The notes under the pieces: model-generated
What the model was told of the DNA's origin: nothing
Databases searched by the model: none
What the model saw: the letters and a program-made list of their open reading frames with translations, nothing else
Program-made: the position numbers and the translations under genes
Source: an uncultured Rivularia sp.
GTDB lineage: Bacteria; Cyanobacteriota; Cyanobacteriia; Cyanobacteriales; Nostocaceae
Assembly: GCA_963665115.1 (NCBI GenBank)
Contig: OY762007.1
Span: forward strand, 2,592,001-2,656,000
Length of the DNA stretch: 64,000 nucleotides
Direction: 5' to 3'
Shown: positions 31,055 to 42,465 of the stretch, piece after piece
Layout: the number at the start of each line of letters is the position of its first letter
Numbering within the stretch: position 1 is the stretch's first letter

Positions 31055-31817
31055 AACTTCTACTAACACTTGGCTGCGCGGCTTTTATCCCATATTTAGA
31101 AAAGAATTAGTTCGTTTTTTTGGAAATAAACGCTGGATATCGCCCTTAGTTCTTTGGATGGGATTATCGGCACTACCAACAATTTCTTTGATTACAGTTG
31201 GTGGCTCATCATTCTCTGCAAATCAAGGCATTGCCTTGTTGTCGTTATTTTTGTGGCTAGGTACTTTTCCAATGTCGATTGGAACTATCGTAATCAGTCA
31301 AGGTACGATTGTCGAAGAGAAATTAACCCAAACTTTGCTATGGATTTGTTCTAAACCTCTATCTGGTTCGGCTTTTGTTTTAGCTAAATTTGCTGCTTAT
31401 GCTGTTTTTATGGCTGTAATTATGTTGGGTGCCCCCGCATTGGTTATAGGTATTACAGCAGTAATGTTCGGAATAGATATAAGCTTTTTAATCGGTTTTT
31501 TTATCAGCATATTAATGATTTATTTGCTGTTACTGTTTTTTTTGGCATTAACTTTAATGCTGGGAACATTTTTTCAAAAAATTAGCTTTGTTACGGCGAT
31601 CGCCCTTATGGTTTACATCGGCGGGGGTAGCTTAAATGCAAATAAATATTTAAAACAAATTGAACCCTATAGTTTTGCAGCATTGCAGCGATATGCGCTT
31701 GAAACTGCTGCTGGTAAGTTTCCAATAGAAGCTTTGTTTGCGATAGGAATTACGCTTTTATTAATCGCGATATTTCTCTTTATTGCTTCATGGCAGATGG
31801 AACGATATGAATTTTAA
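31044..31817 (+). CDS. ABC-2 type permease
   Basis: 6 TM, 'EE.....L.W...KPLS....VLAKF'; overlaps the ATPase gene. Confidence 0.85.
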   Translation: MLVRTSTNTWLRGFYPIFRKELVRFFGNKRWISPLVLWMGLSALPTISLITVGGSSFSANQGIALLSLFLWLGTFPMSIGTIVISQGTIVEEKLTQTLLWICSKPLSGSAFVLAKFAAYAVFMAVIMLGAPALVIGITAVMFGIDISFLIGFFISILMIYLLLLFFLALTLMLGTFFQKISFVTAIALMVYIGGGSLNANKYLKQIEPYSFAALQRYALETAAGKFPIEALFAIGITLLLIAIFLFIASWQMERYEF

Positions 31818-32203
31818 AAATTTTATTTTATATCTTACCCAACCCAAAATTTATGGGTAAGGATGATGTGGCAACTGTGAAGTCTCTACATTTGTTAAAC
31901 ATTAAACTGTAAAAAAAGCAAACATTTACTATAAAACTTATAGTCTATTTTCTTTAAATCAAACTAACATCCAAAATTATTACAATTATTATTGCACAGC
32001 TATTTGCGGTTTAATTGTCAATCTGTCAATTGGAATATAACTCTTATTCTGTATACTTCTGAAAATTGAGATAAATAAATATAGCCTTAAGTTTGTTATT
32101 ACAAAATTTTCATTATATATCTAATTTTTTCAACTTCCAAAAAAAAGTCATATAGAATTATTTTTTAGGAAAATATTTTTTAAAATCGATTAATTAATAT
32201 AAG

Positions 32204-32233
32204 CTTTATCGTCTGTTAACACAATATTAAACT
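32204..32233 (+). promoter_or_regulatory. Pho box (SphR/PhoB site)
   Basis: CTTTATCG / GTTAACAC / ATTAAACT at 32204, 32215, 32226 (11-bp period), resembling the YTTAAYYW consensus. Confidence 0.6.
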
Positions 32234-32416
32234 TTAATTTCTAATCTAAGATTGGTAGCAAAAAAATACCTTAACAGTCACGCAATATCTAGCTATTCTC
32301 AAAAGCACCATTAAAATACATATCTTTGGAGTCTCTTTTTGTAGAAGTTAGAGAGACAGAGTGGTTATTTGCGGCTATTAAATCGGTAGAAAATCATCAA
32401 AAGGAAATATACTTCA

Positions 32417-35269
32417 ATGGCTGACGTTAAGTTAACAGGATTCGCATCGTTACCAGCCGATACTTTTGCGGAGGGTTCCCCAGCAGGTGCTGATATTTCT
32501 GCAAATGGACGCACGGGGGGACCGTTTCCAGGACAGCCAGTTCAAGGTTTTAGTGGAGTACAGTTTGCACCGAATAATGACGGTTCTTACTGGTTTTTGT
32601 CGGATAACGGTTTTGGCAATAAAAACAATAGTGCTGATTATCTATTGCGGATTTATCAGGTAAATCCCGATTTTCAGCAAGAAAACGCAGGGGATGGAAC
32701 TGTTGAAGTTGAAGAGTTTATCCAACTTTCCGACCCCGATAATTTGATTCCTTTCGATATTGTTAACGAAGATTCTGGACAGCGTTTGTTAACTGGTGCT
32801 GATTTCGATATCGAATCTTTTGTAATTGCCGATGATGGTTCGATTTGGGTAGGAGATGAATTCGGGCCGTTTTTACTTCACTTTGACTCCACGGGGAAGT
32901 TGATTGAAGCACCGATTCCTACTCCGAATTTGGCAAGTGGGGAGGAACCATTAGTGCGATCGCCCCAAAATCCCGATGTACTTTTCAACACTCTAGATGG
33001 GAAACCACCGCTGGTTATAGCCCACCGTGGTGCTAGTGGAGAATTACCCGAACATACTTTAGCAGCTTACCGTCGTGCGATTACTCAAGGTGCTGATTTT
33101 ATCGAACCAGATTTAGTAATTACTAAAGATGGAGTGTTGATTGCGCGTCACGAACCAATTTTGGATGACACCACTAATATTGCTGAGGTGTTTGGCGAGG
33201 AGCGTAAATCTACAAAAAACCTTGATGGAGAAGAAGTTACAGCTTATTTTGCTGAAGATTTTACTTTAGAAGAAATCAAGCAGTTAAAAGCAGTTCAACC
33301 TCGGGATTTCCGCGATCAATCTTTTAACGGTGAATTTGAGATTCCTACTTTCCAAGAAGTTATCGAACTTGTACAAGAAGTAGAAGCGGAAACCGGGGAA
33401 AAAGTTGGGATTTATCCAGAGACGAAACATCCGACTTTCTTTGACGAACAAGGTTTGTCTTTGGAAGAACCTTTAATTACAACTTTGCAATCAACTGGTT
33501 TTACCGATCCAAGTAGAATCTTTATTCAGTCTTTTGAAGTTGCCAATCTGCTCGATTTACAAAATAATCTGCTTCCTGATGCTGGTTTGGATTTACCTTT
33601 AGTGCAGCTTTTCGGTGATGTCGAAGATGATTTTATCAACGAAAAAGGTGGTGGTTTCTCGGTACCTTACGATATTGTCGCTAATTTCAGCAACCCCGAT
33701 TTTGATGCAGCTGATGCAAAAGCTATTTACGGTGACTTTGTTAGTGTAGTTCCTGATTTTGGTAAAGATATTACGGGTGATGGTATTCCCGATACGACTT
33801 ATCAAGATTTAGCCACCAAGGAAATCTTTGATTACATCGGTGAAACTTACGCTGAAGGTGTGGGACCTTGGAAAAACAGTTTTGTGTTAAGAGAATCTAT
33901 AGATACTCCCGTCGATGCAGATGGTGATGGTAATGCAGAAATAACTACTCAATTAACCGGAGAAGTTCGCCCTTATGTAGAATGGGCGCATGATGCGGGA
34001 ATGCAGATTCATCCTTACACTTTACGAAATGAAGAACGTTATTTAACTTTAAACCCCGACGGTACGGTGCAAACTGCTGAAGGTGAATTTGAGCAGTTTA
34101 TTGAATTGGGTGTGGATGGTTTCTTTACTGATTTCCCCGAAAGCGGAAGAATTGCGGTTAATCAAGAAATAGTCCCTTCTAATCTTGCTTCATCTCGCGG
34201 TTTTGAAGGAATGGCTTTTAGTCCAGACCGCAAAACCTTATATCCTTTATTAGAAGGTGCGGTAGAAGGAGATCCAGATGATGCTTTGCGAATTTACAAA
34301 TTTGATGCGACATCCAGCAAGTATACTGACTTAGTTGGTTTCTATCAAACCTCAGTTCCCGGTCATGCAATTGGTGACTTTACCCCAATTAACGATTCGG
34401 AATTTTTGGTTATTGAAAGAGATGGTAAGCAAGGGGATGAAGCCGAGTTCAAGAAGATTTTCAAAGTTGATATTTCTAAAGTAGACGGAAACGGCTATGT
34501 AGAGAAATCAGAAGTCGCCGATTTGTTAAATATTCAAGACCCCAACGACCTCAACAACGACGGTGAAACAACTTTTACATTCCCCTTCGTCACCATCGAG
34601 GATGTTTTAGTTATCGACGAAAACACGATTTTGGTTGCTAACGATAATAATTATCCTTTCTCTACCGGACGCGATGAGGGTATCGATAACAATGAAGTCA
34701 TCCTCCTAGAGTTAGAGAAATCCTTAAATTTAGACCCTCTTTTGGGTAGAAGCGCGGTAGAGAGCGAAGAATCTAAACTTGTTGCGGGTACCGATGGTGA
34801 AGATTTATTCATCGCTGGAATCAACTTCGAGGGTGATAATAACAGCCTATTTGCTGGTGCTGGTAACGATGAGATTGATTTAGCTTTCGGTGGAAGCAAT
34901 AACCGAGTTGATGCTGGTAGCGGCGATGATATAGTTTACCTTGGCAATCAAAACCGCGTTCTTGGTGGTGAAGGAGACGATAAATTCTTTGCCTCCGGTG
35001 GTGATAATATCCTTTCTGGTGGTGACGGTTCAGACCAATTCTGGATTGTTAGCGGAGAGATTGTTGAAGCTGCAAATACCATTGTTGATTTTGAAATTGG
35101 TACGGATGTAATTGGTATTTTGGGTAGTGCTGGTTTGGGTATTGACTCAAGTTCTTTAAATCTGAATGAAATGGATGGTAATACTGAAATTAATTTCAAC
35201 GGTCAAACTTTGGCAATGCTTAATGGTGTGACTGGTTTGGATGTTGATAGCAGTATAGTATTTGCTTGA
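32417..35269 (+). CDS. Phytase-like esterase with an inserted glycerophosphodiester phosphodiesterase and C-terminal RTX-like module
   Basis: 'QPVQGFSG','LSDNGFG','DFDIES','DEFGP' (phytase-like N half); 'HRGASG..PEHTL','FIEPDLV.TKDG..IARHE','FFTDFP' (GDPD); 'SRGFEGMA','NDNNYP' (C half); GxGxD repeats. Confidence 0.88.
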   Translation: MADVKLTGFASLPADTFAEGSPAGADISANGRTGGPFPGQPVQGFSGVQFAPNNDGSYWFLSDNGFGNKNNSADYLLRIYQVNPDFQQENAGDGTVEVEEFIQLSDPDNLIPFDIVNEDSGQRLLTGADFDIESFVIADDGSIWVGDEFGPFLLHFDSTGKLIEAPIPTPNLASGEEPLVRSPQNPDVLFNTLDGKPPLVIAHRGASGELPEHTLAAYRRAITQGADFIEPDLVITKDGVLIARHEPILDDTTNIAEVFGEERKSTKNLDGEEVTAYFAEDFTLEEIKQLKAVQPRDFRDQSFNGEFEIPTFQEVIELVQEVEAETGEKVGIYPETKHPTFFDEQGLSLEEPLITTLQSTGFTDPSRIFIQSFEVANLLDLQNNLLPDAGLDLPLVQLFGDVEDDFINEKGGGFSVPYDIVANFSNPDFDAADAKAIYGDFVSVVPDFGKDITGDGIPDTTYQDLATKEIFDYIGETYAEGVGPWKNSFVLRESIDTPVDADGDGNAEITTQLTGEVRPYVEWAHDAGMQIHPYTLRNEERYLTLNPDGTVQTAEGEFEQFIELGVDGFFTDFPESGRIAVNQEIVPSNLASSRGFEGMAFSPDRKTLYPLLEGAVEGDPDDALRIYKFDATSSKYTDLVGFYQTSVPGHAIGDFTPINDSEFLVIERDGKQGDEAEFKKIFKVDISKVDGNGYVEKSEVADLLNIQDPNDLNNDGETTFTFPFVTIEDVLVIDENTILVANDNNYPFSTGRDEGIDNNEVILLELEKSLNLDPLLGRSAVESEESKLVAGTDGEDLFIAGINFEGDNNSLFAGAGNDEIDLAFGGSNNRVDAGSGDDIVYLGNQNRVLGGEGDDKFFASGGDNILSGGDGSDQFWIVSGEIVEAANTIVDFEIGTDVIGILGSAGLGIDSSSLNLNEMDGNTEINFNGQTLAMLNGVTGLDVDSSIVFA

Positions 35270-35304
35270 TTTTTGATAGATAGTTGTGTTGTCCGCGCAA
35301 TTAT

Positions 35305-35331
35305 GGAGACGTAGCACTGCTACGTCTCTAC
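35305..35331. repeat. REP-like hairpin GGAGACGTAGCACTGCTACGTCTCTAC
   Basis: Copies at 39159, 42086, 44862 and inverted/variant copies at 10324, 22188. Confidence 0.8.
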
Positions 35332-35692
35332 ACTGTGTACCTTCTATAAATAAACCAAAAACTAAAAGTAATATTTGATTGTTTTTTTCATATATATATA
35401 ATAGCTATATATATTTCATAATCACAAATTATAATTTATACGGCTATTTGATAAATGTTTCAATTATATAATAGTTAATTAAATTATAATGGCTCTTGTT
35501 TTTTTAATTAATTTTAAATCTAGCTCACATTCAACTGCTAAATAATCTTCAATCAACTACGCTTAACCGACTTTAAGTGCAATTGCACTATTTTTTATTG
35601 TTTTATTTATAAGATAATTTATTGCAATACTTTTAAAAATATTCCGAAAGTAAGAATAAATAAAAGCTATTTTCTAATATACAAAAACTATT

Positions 35693-35722
35693 TTTTACCA
35701 AAGCTTAACTAATATTTAACTC
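35693..35722 (+). promoter_or_regulatory. Pho box
   Basis: TTTTACCA / CTTAACTA / TTTAACTC at 35693, 35704, 35715. Confidence 0.7.
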
Positions 35723-35845
35723 AATTATAAGTATTTAAAAACAATTTGTATATATCTTGGTAGTTGTAATCTAAACTGCATAAAGTTAGATTTTTTTTGC
35801 TTGACTAAATAAATAAAAAGCAACAGACATTTAATTATCAAAAAT

Positions 35846-38800
35846 ATGGCTAACAATAATCACGTTATTTTCGTTCATCCAGATGGAACCAGTCCATCTC
35901 ATTACGCTTTAGCACGGTTTGTTCAAGAAGGTCCCGACGGTAGATTGAATTGGGACAAATTGGAAAATGCTGGTGTTTACTTAGGTCACATGGAAGATCA
36001 GCTTGGTGCTACTTCCAATGGTGGTGCAGTTACCCACGCTACTGGGGCTAAAGTCTATGCAGAGTCTTTTGGTTTAGAAGAAGATGGTTCTGAAATTAAC
36101 CCGCTATCTGGTAATGTCGGTAAAACCATCGTTCAGGAAGCGGTAGATGCTGGTAAAGTCACAGCTTTGGTACAGTCTGGAGCAATTTACGAACCTGGTA
36201 CCGCTGCATTTGTGGCTCAGGTTGGTGAGACTATTGATGAAGATGGCGATCGCACTCCTCCCCGTGGAAGAACTGCTGATATTACTAAACAGGTAATCGA
36301 ATCTGGGGTTGATTTTATTCTCGGTGGTGGTGAAGTTACTCTTTTACCTGAAGGTACCGAGGGTTTTCACGGTAGTGCCGAAGAACTAGACGAACTTGGT
36401 TCCCGCTTGCAGCGTCCTGATGAGAACTTAATCGAATTAGCCAAGAACAATGGTTATACGGTAGTTTATACCGAGCAAGAACTCAACGATTTACTCGACT
36501 CTACTAAATACCCCGAAGCACCAACTAAAGTTCTGGGTGTATTTGCTCCCATCCATACCTTTAACGACCGTCCCGAAGAGGTTTTAGAGGAAAGGGGACT
36601 ACCTTTGTATCTCGAAACCGCTCCTACTATTGCTGAGATGCTCGATGTTACTCAGCAGTTAATGGAAAAGCATCCTAATTTTGATAATGGTTCCATCGCG
36701 ATTGTAGAGGAAGAAGGAACCGATAATTTTGGTAATAATAACAATGCTTCAGGAACTCTCGAAGCAATGATTCGGGGTGATGCAGCTATTGGAGAAGCTC
36801 TCGAATTTGTTGATAAATATTCCAATACCTTAGTAATAACTGCTGCTGATAGCGATGCGGGTGGCTTGGAAGTACGCGACCCCCGCGACCCCCGAAGAAC
36901 CTGTAGGAACCATCAACCAAAATCCGACCACCGAACCGCGTCGGGTTCCCCTCGACGGTGTAGATGGTGCCAATACTTTACCATTTACTGCCGCACCAGA
37001 TACGAATGGTGATGTATTTAACTTCGGTGTCGCTTGGGCTGGTACGCCAGATTTTCCCGGTTCGATTGTTGCCAAAGCATCAGGACTGAATGCAGATAAA
37101 CTCCCTTCCACGGCAGATAATACCGTGATTTATGAGTTGATGTATGAAACCTTATTCGACACCGAACTTGAATCCCGCATCCCCGCACCCACACTAGCTC
37201 CGGAAGCCACAAAAGATACTGGTAACGTCATCTTTATTCATCCCGACGGAACGAGTCCTTCCCATTACATGGCTTTGCGAAACATTGATGAAGGTCCAGA
37301 CGGACGAATTAACTGGGATAAAATGTCCAATTCTGGGGTGTACCTCGGACATATGGAAGACCAGTTAACGGGTACTTCTAATGGGGGTGCGGTGACTCAT
37401 GCTAACGGAGTTAAGGTATTTAACGAATCCTTTGGTTTAGATGAAAACAACAATCAGATAACTCCGGCTTCTGGTAAAACAGGTTTTACTATATTGGAAG
37501 AAGCGATTGCAGCCGGAAAATCCACAGCGTTGATTCAATCTGGAGACTTGGGAGAACCGGGAACCGCTGCTTTTGCTGCTGCAACTACTAACCGCGACGG
37601 TGACGATATCCGCGCTCGTGATAAAGCTGCTGAAATCATCGAGCAAGTAATCCGTTCGGGAACCGATGTGATTATGGGTGGTGGGGAGTTGTATATGCTA
37701 CCCATCGGTACCACAGGCTTCCACGTTACCGCAGAATTAGACGCTTCGGAAACTCGTCCCGAGCGTCGTCCCAGCACTAACTTGATTGAACTAGCTGAGT
37801 CTTTGGGTTACACGGTGGTGTATACCGAAGACCAAATGAATCAAGCAGTTAATAGCGATACTCCCCCCGAAAAGCTGCTTGGTGTCTTCGCTGCTGACGA
37901 TACTTTTAACGACCAAACGGAAGAAGAACTTGGTCTGAATACCGATACTCCTTTACCGCTTTACGTTGAAACAGCCCCCACCGTAGCCGAGATGCTCGAT
38001 GCATCTTTAACAATAATCGATAAAGACCCCGACGGTTTCTTTGCGGTAGTCGAGGAAGAAGGTACAGATAACTTCGGTAATAACAACAATGCCGTCGGTA
38101 CAATTGAAGCCATGCGTCGCGGAGATGCAGCGATTGGGGAAGCCATAGACTACATTGATAATCAAGACCCCAACACGCTTTTAGTTACCGCAGCAGACAG
38201 CGATGGTGGTGGGTTAGAGGTGTTTCAATACAAACCTTACGACCGTCCAGAAGGTAACTTCGATGATGAAAATCCGGAATTATCATCTCAGCCAGAAGTT
38301 CCGTTTATCAACGTTAATCCCACTACCGAAAGAGACACCGATAATTTCCTTGATGGTGTTGATGGAAGTACAGCAAGTGAAGATAATCCTTGGGTACCAT
38401 TTTCAGCAAAAGATAGTATCGATGGAGAAATGGGTGACTTTGGTGTCGCTTGGGCTGGAAACTCCCGACTTCCCCGGTAGCATTGTCGCTAAAACCTACG
38501 GAATGAATGCCGATAAATTATCCAGCACCGTAGATAATACCGGAATTTACGATATTATGTACGAAACTTTGTTCGGTGTTACACCCGAAGAAGCAGCATC
38601 ACAAGAAAAAGAAACAGAAACAAATCTAGTTTCTGGAACTCCAGATGGAGATATTCTAATTTCCGGTATCGATGGATTTGCTGGAAATGGAAGTACTGTT
38701 TTCGCTGGTGCTGGTAACGATGAAATTGATTTAGTATTCGGTGGTGGAACCAAAAACCGCGTTGATGCTGGAAGCGGTGATGATATAGTTTATCTAAGCA

Positions 38801-39123
38801 ATCAAAACCGAGTTCTTGGTGGTGCAGGTGATGATAAATTCTTTGCAACTGGTGGTGAAAATATCATCTCTGGTGGTACAGGTGCAGACCAATTCTGGAT
38901 TGTCAGCGGAGAAATTCCCGAAGCTGCAAATACCATTGTTGATTTTGAAATTGGTTCCGATGTAATTGGTATTTTGGGTAGTGCTGGTTTGGGAATTGAT
39001 GCGAGTACTTTGGAATTAACCGAAATGGATGGTAATACTAAAGTTGCTTTTGGGGAAAATACTTTAGCAATGATTAACGGTGTTACTGGTTTAGATATTG
39101 ATAGTAGCGTTGTATTTGCTTGA
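35846..39123 (+). CDS. Tandem two-domain atypical alkaline phosphatase (PhoA fold) with RTX-like C-terminus (extra bases near 36889-36893 and 38459-38461)
   Basis: Two homologous domains each with 'IF.HPDGTSPSHY','TSNGGAVTHA','EPGTAAF','EEEGTDNFGNNNN','TAADSD.GG','WAGTPDFPGS'; the three ORFs fuse after removing two bases. Confidence 0.82.
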
Positions 39124-39483
39124 TATTTGATAGATAGTTGCGTTGTCAGCGCAACTATGGAGACGTAGCACTGCTACGTCTCTACATCATTAATCATTTA
39201 ACGGGAAAAAAAGCAAATATCTATTACACAATTTATTACTAACATTGATTTGAAGCAAAATTATTGACTTTAATTATCAAATTAAAATCATCTATATCGA
39301 TATAATTTTTAAATTTCAACCTTTATTCATATCAAAAAATGTATGTAAATGTCAATATAACTATGGTTTTAAAAGCTTGCTCCACCTACATCTCAAACAT
39401 ATAGTGATTGAATTCATAACACAAAACGGCTCTTTTATTTAAAAATCATAAAAAAAAGTCAAATTCACCTTTTAATTTCATTA

Positions 39484-39524
39484 TTTAATCGAATATTTAT
39501 AATTAATTAACACAATCTTAAACT
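39484..39524 (+). promoter_or_regulatory. Pho box
   Basis: TTTAATCG / ATTTATAA / ATTAACAC / CTTAAACT at 39484, 39495, 39506, 39517. Confidence 0.6.
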
Positions 39525-39611
39525 TAAATTCATACCCTTAGATAGGTAATACTAATTAACTGTATTCCCACCTAATAATCTAGAAAAAATATACATAGGA
39601 ATTTACCTTAA

Positions 39612-42050
39612 ATGGCTAAGAACGTCATTATAATGATTGGCGACGGTATGGGCTGGGATATAGCTCGTGCAGCAGCAATTCAAAAACAAATTACTCAAGG
39701 TAAAACTGGTGCTACTCTCACCGATTTTTATACTGAAGGTAAGGGTAGTGGGTTAAGCTTCCAGGAATTAGATAATTACGCGATCGCAACAACCAGTGGA
39801 ACTTATATCGATGGTGATAAAAGTAATTCGGCATTAAAAGGTGATACTTTAGAGCGGGAAACTGGTGTTGCAGTTGTTCGTGAAGGATTTGAATCAGACA
39901 ATCTACCTGGTGAGGATGCGAATGGAGAATTTGATCCAGCCCAAGTAATCGGTTTTTTCCCCGAACTGCGTGAAGGTAGTATTGCGCCAATTTTGGGCGA
40001 ATTCGACCCCGGTTTTGATGAAAGACCTCTTTTTGCAAAAAACGAAGCAGGGGAATTAGTACAAGTTGGTGGATTTCTCAACGCTTACGATACTAGCAAA
40101 GGTCGGGATCTACCTTGGTTGAAAGATGAAGATCCTGACTATCCTAAAAACCTTTTCCCTGACTCTGCAAATACAGCAACTACTTTATATTCTGGAGTCA
40201 AAAGCTACTCCGGTGCGATTGGTGTTGATATTTATGAGGAAGATATTCAAACCATTGGTGAAAAAGCCAGAGAACAAGGTAAATCTTTTGGTGTTGTCAG
40301 TTCCGTTCCTTTCAACCACGCTACTCCTGCTTCTGCAATCGGGCACGTTAGTCAGCGCAACAAGCTAACCGAAACTTCCAGAGTAGAAAACTTTGAAGTT
40401 GTTCTGGATGAAAACGGTGTACCTCTCCACGAAGAACACGGTGACGGTAGTCATGAAGGTGAACCTGTATTTGAACTGGATGCAGATGGTAATCCCATTC
40501 CCGTTGAAGACGACAACATTCTTTACCAAATCCTCAACGAAACTCAACCTGAATTAGTTCTGGCTGGCGGACACCCCGACGGTCGTGGTGACGAACGCTA
40601 CATGGATTTGGAAACTCTAGAGCAACTCCGTAATGGTGAAACTGTTTACACTTTTACCGAGCGTGGTGAAAATGCTGCGGAGACTTTAGCAGAAGTTGCT
40701 TCAGAAATTGATGTTGAAGCAGGAGACAAATTATTTGGTCTTTATGGTGCTAGAGGGCAAGGTGGAAACCTTCCTTGGAGTACAGCCGATGGTGACTATA
40801 GTAATGCTGGTTTAAGCAGTCGTCTTGATGCAGTACGTCCTTTAGAAGAGGGAGAAACCGCAGAACAATTTATTGCTTCCGAGCAAGATGCAAATCCGAC
40901 TTTAGCTCAATTGACTGGCGCTGCTTTAGATGTTCTCGGAGATGACGAAGATGGTTTCTGGGTTTCCATCGAAGGTGGTGATATTGACTGGGCTGCTCAC
41001 GACAACAACCTAGACAATATGATCGGTGCAACTTTGAATTTTGCCGATTCAGTAGAAGTTGTTCAAGACTGGATTGCCGAAAATGGCGGTTATGAAGAGA
41101 ATTTACTTATCGTCACAGCCGATCACGACCACTATTTCACCCTTAACGAAGACTTCCCCGAACTATTACGAAAATATGGTGCAGAAGCTCTTACCACCTC
41201 AGTTGACGAGAACGGTAACGTTTTAGCTACCGAAGTTGACCAAGCTGGTGTAGCTTTAGAAGAACCACGAAAAGTTGATAACCTCGATCCAGATGCATCC
41301 GGACATTATTGGGGTAGCAATCCCGATGTCAAAGTCGGTTGGTCGCATCATACAACAATTCCCGTTCCCGTTTATTATCAAGGTGCGGGTAGCGAATATT
41401 TAGATAACTCTGTTGGTGAAGGCTTTGAGCAGTATGGCTTTGAAGTACCAGGAGTTGAAGGTTTAATCGACCAGGTTCATATCGCAGAAGCTCAATTCGC
41501 TGCTTTTGAAAATAGCACCACACCAACCCCAGATTCTGGTGGTAATAGCCCAAGCTTAGCTTCCGGAACCGCAGAAGCTGACATATTAATTGCAGGTATC
41601 GACTTCAAAGGAAATGGTGATACCGTTTTTGCTGGTGCTGGAGACGATGAAATTGATTTAGCCTTCGGTGGTGGAAGCAAAAACCGCGTTGATGCTGGAA
41701 GCGGTAATGATGTAATTTATTTGAGCAACCAAAACCGCGTAATTGGTGGTGAAGGTGACGATAAATTCTTTGCAACAGGTGGTGGTAATACTATTTCTGG
41801 TGGTGCAGGTGCAGACCAATTCTGGATTGTTAGCGGAGAAATTGTTGAATCTGCCAATACCATCGTTGATTTTGAAGCGGGTTCCGATGTAATTGGTATT
41901 TTGGGTAGTGCTGGTTTGGGAATTGATGCGAGTACTTTGGAATTAACCGAAATGGATGGTAGTACTAAAGTAGCATTTGGGGAAAATACTTTAGCAATGA
42001 TTAACGGTGTTACTGGTTTAGATATTGATAGTAGCGTTGTATTTGCTTGA
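39612..42050 (+). CDS. phoA: Alkaline phosphatase (PhoA family) with RTX-like C-terminus
   Basis: 'KNVIIMIGDGMG','PDSANTAT','NHATPA','EGGDIDWAAH','TADHDH','SHHTT'. Confidence 0.9.
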   Translation: MAKNVIIMIGDGMGWDIARAAAIQKQITQGKTGATLTDFYTEGKGSGLSFQELDNYAIATTSGTYIDGDKSNSALKGDTLERETGVAVVREGFESDNLPGEDANGEFDPAQVIGFFPELREGSIAPILGEFDPGFDERPLFAKNEAGELVQVGGFLNAYDTSKGRDLPWLKDEDPDYPKNLFPDSANTATTLYSGVKSYSGAIGVDIYEEDIQTIGEKAREQGKSFGVVSSVPFNHATPASAIGHVSQRNKLTETSRVENFEVVLDENGVPLHEEHGDGSHEGEPVFELDADGNPIPVEDDNILYQILNETQPELVLAGGHPDGRGDERYMDLETLEQLRNGETVYTFTERGENAAETLAEVASEIDVEAGDKLFGLYGARGQGGNLPWSTADGDYSNAGLSSRLDAVRPLEEGETAEQFIASEQDANPTLAQLTGAALDVLGDDEDGFWVSIEGGDIDWAAHDNNLDNMIGATLNFADSVEVVQDWIAENGGYEENLLIVTADHDHYFTLNEDFPELLRKYGAEALTTSVDENGNVLATEVDQAGVALEEPRKVDNLDPDASGHYWGSNPDVKVGWSHHTTIPVPVYYQGAGSEYLDNSVGEGFEQYGFEVPGVEGLIDQVHIAEAQFAAFENSTTPTPDSGGNSPSLASGTAEADILIAGIDFKGNGDTVFAGAGDDEIDLAFGGGSKNRVDAGSGNDVIYLSNQNRVIGGEGDDKFFATGGGNTISGGAGADQFWIVSGEIVESANTIVDFEAGSDVIGILGSAGLGIDASTLELTEMDGSTKVAFGENTLAMINGVTGLDIDSSVVFA

Positions 42051-42120
42051 TATTTGATAGATAGTTGCGTTGTCAGCGCAACTATGGAGACGTAGCACTG
42101 CTACGTCTCTACATTATTTG

Positions 42121-42263
42121 GGTGTTGCTGAATTGAGATATGAATTTATTATTACTGTCTAATAGCAGCCCTCTAAATACCCCAATTTTGGTTCTATTTA
42201 AAATATATTTCTCCCCCAGAATTGGGGGTTGGGGGGCTGTTCATACTTTTAATCAGCAACGCC
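42121..42263. mobile_element. MITE-like element
   Basis: Terminal IRs GGTGTTGCTGA ... TCAGCAACGCC with an internal CCCCCAGAATTGGGGG hairpin. Confidence 0.5.
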
Positions 42264-42465
42264 ATTATTTGTAATAGAATTTGAAGAATAAATCTAAAAT
42301 AGTAGGTTGGGTAGAACGAAGGGAAACCCAACATCAGAATTGCGAGCAACAAGCAGAAATTTAATGTTGGGTTACGACGCATTTCTACACTTTCTTGAAG
42401 TATAAAAATTGTTTGTGCGTCTAACCCAACCTACAAACTAATAATAGACTTTTAATTTTTTAATT

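Noticed and set aside
30074..31817. Type I secretion system for the RTX enzymes
   Set aside because: It is an ABC-2 ATPase plus 6-TM permease, not a fused HlyB-type transporter; no HlyD or TolC gene in the window
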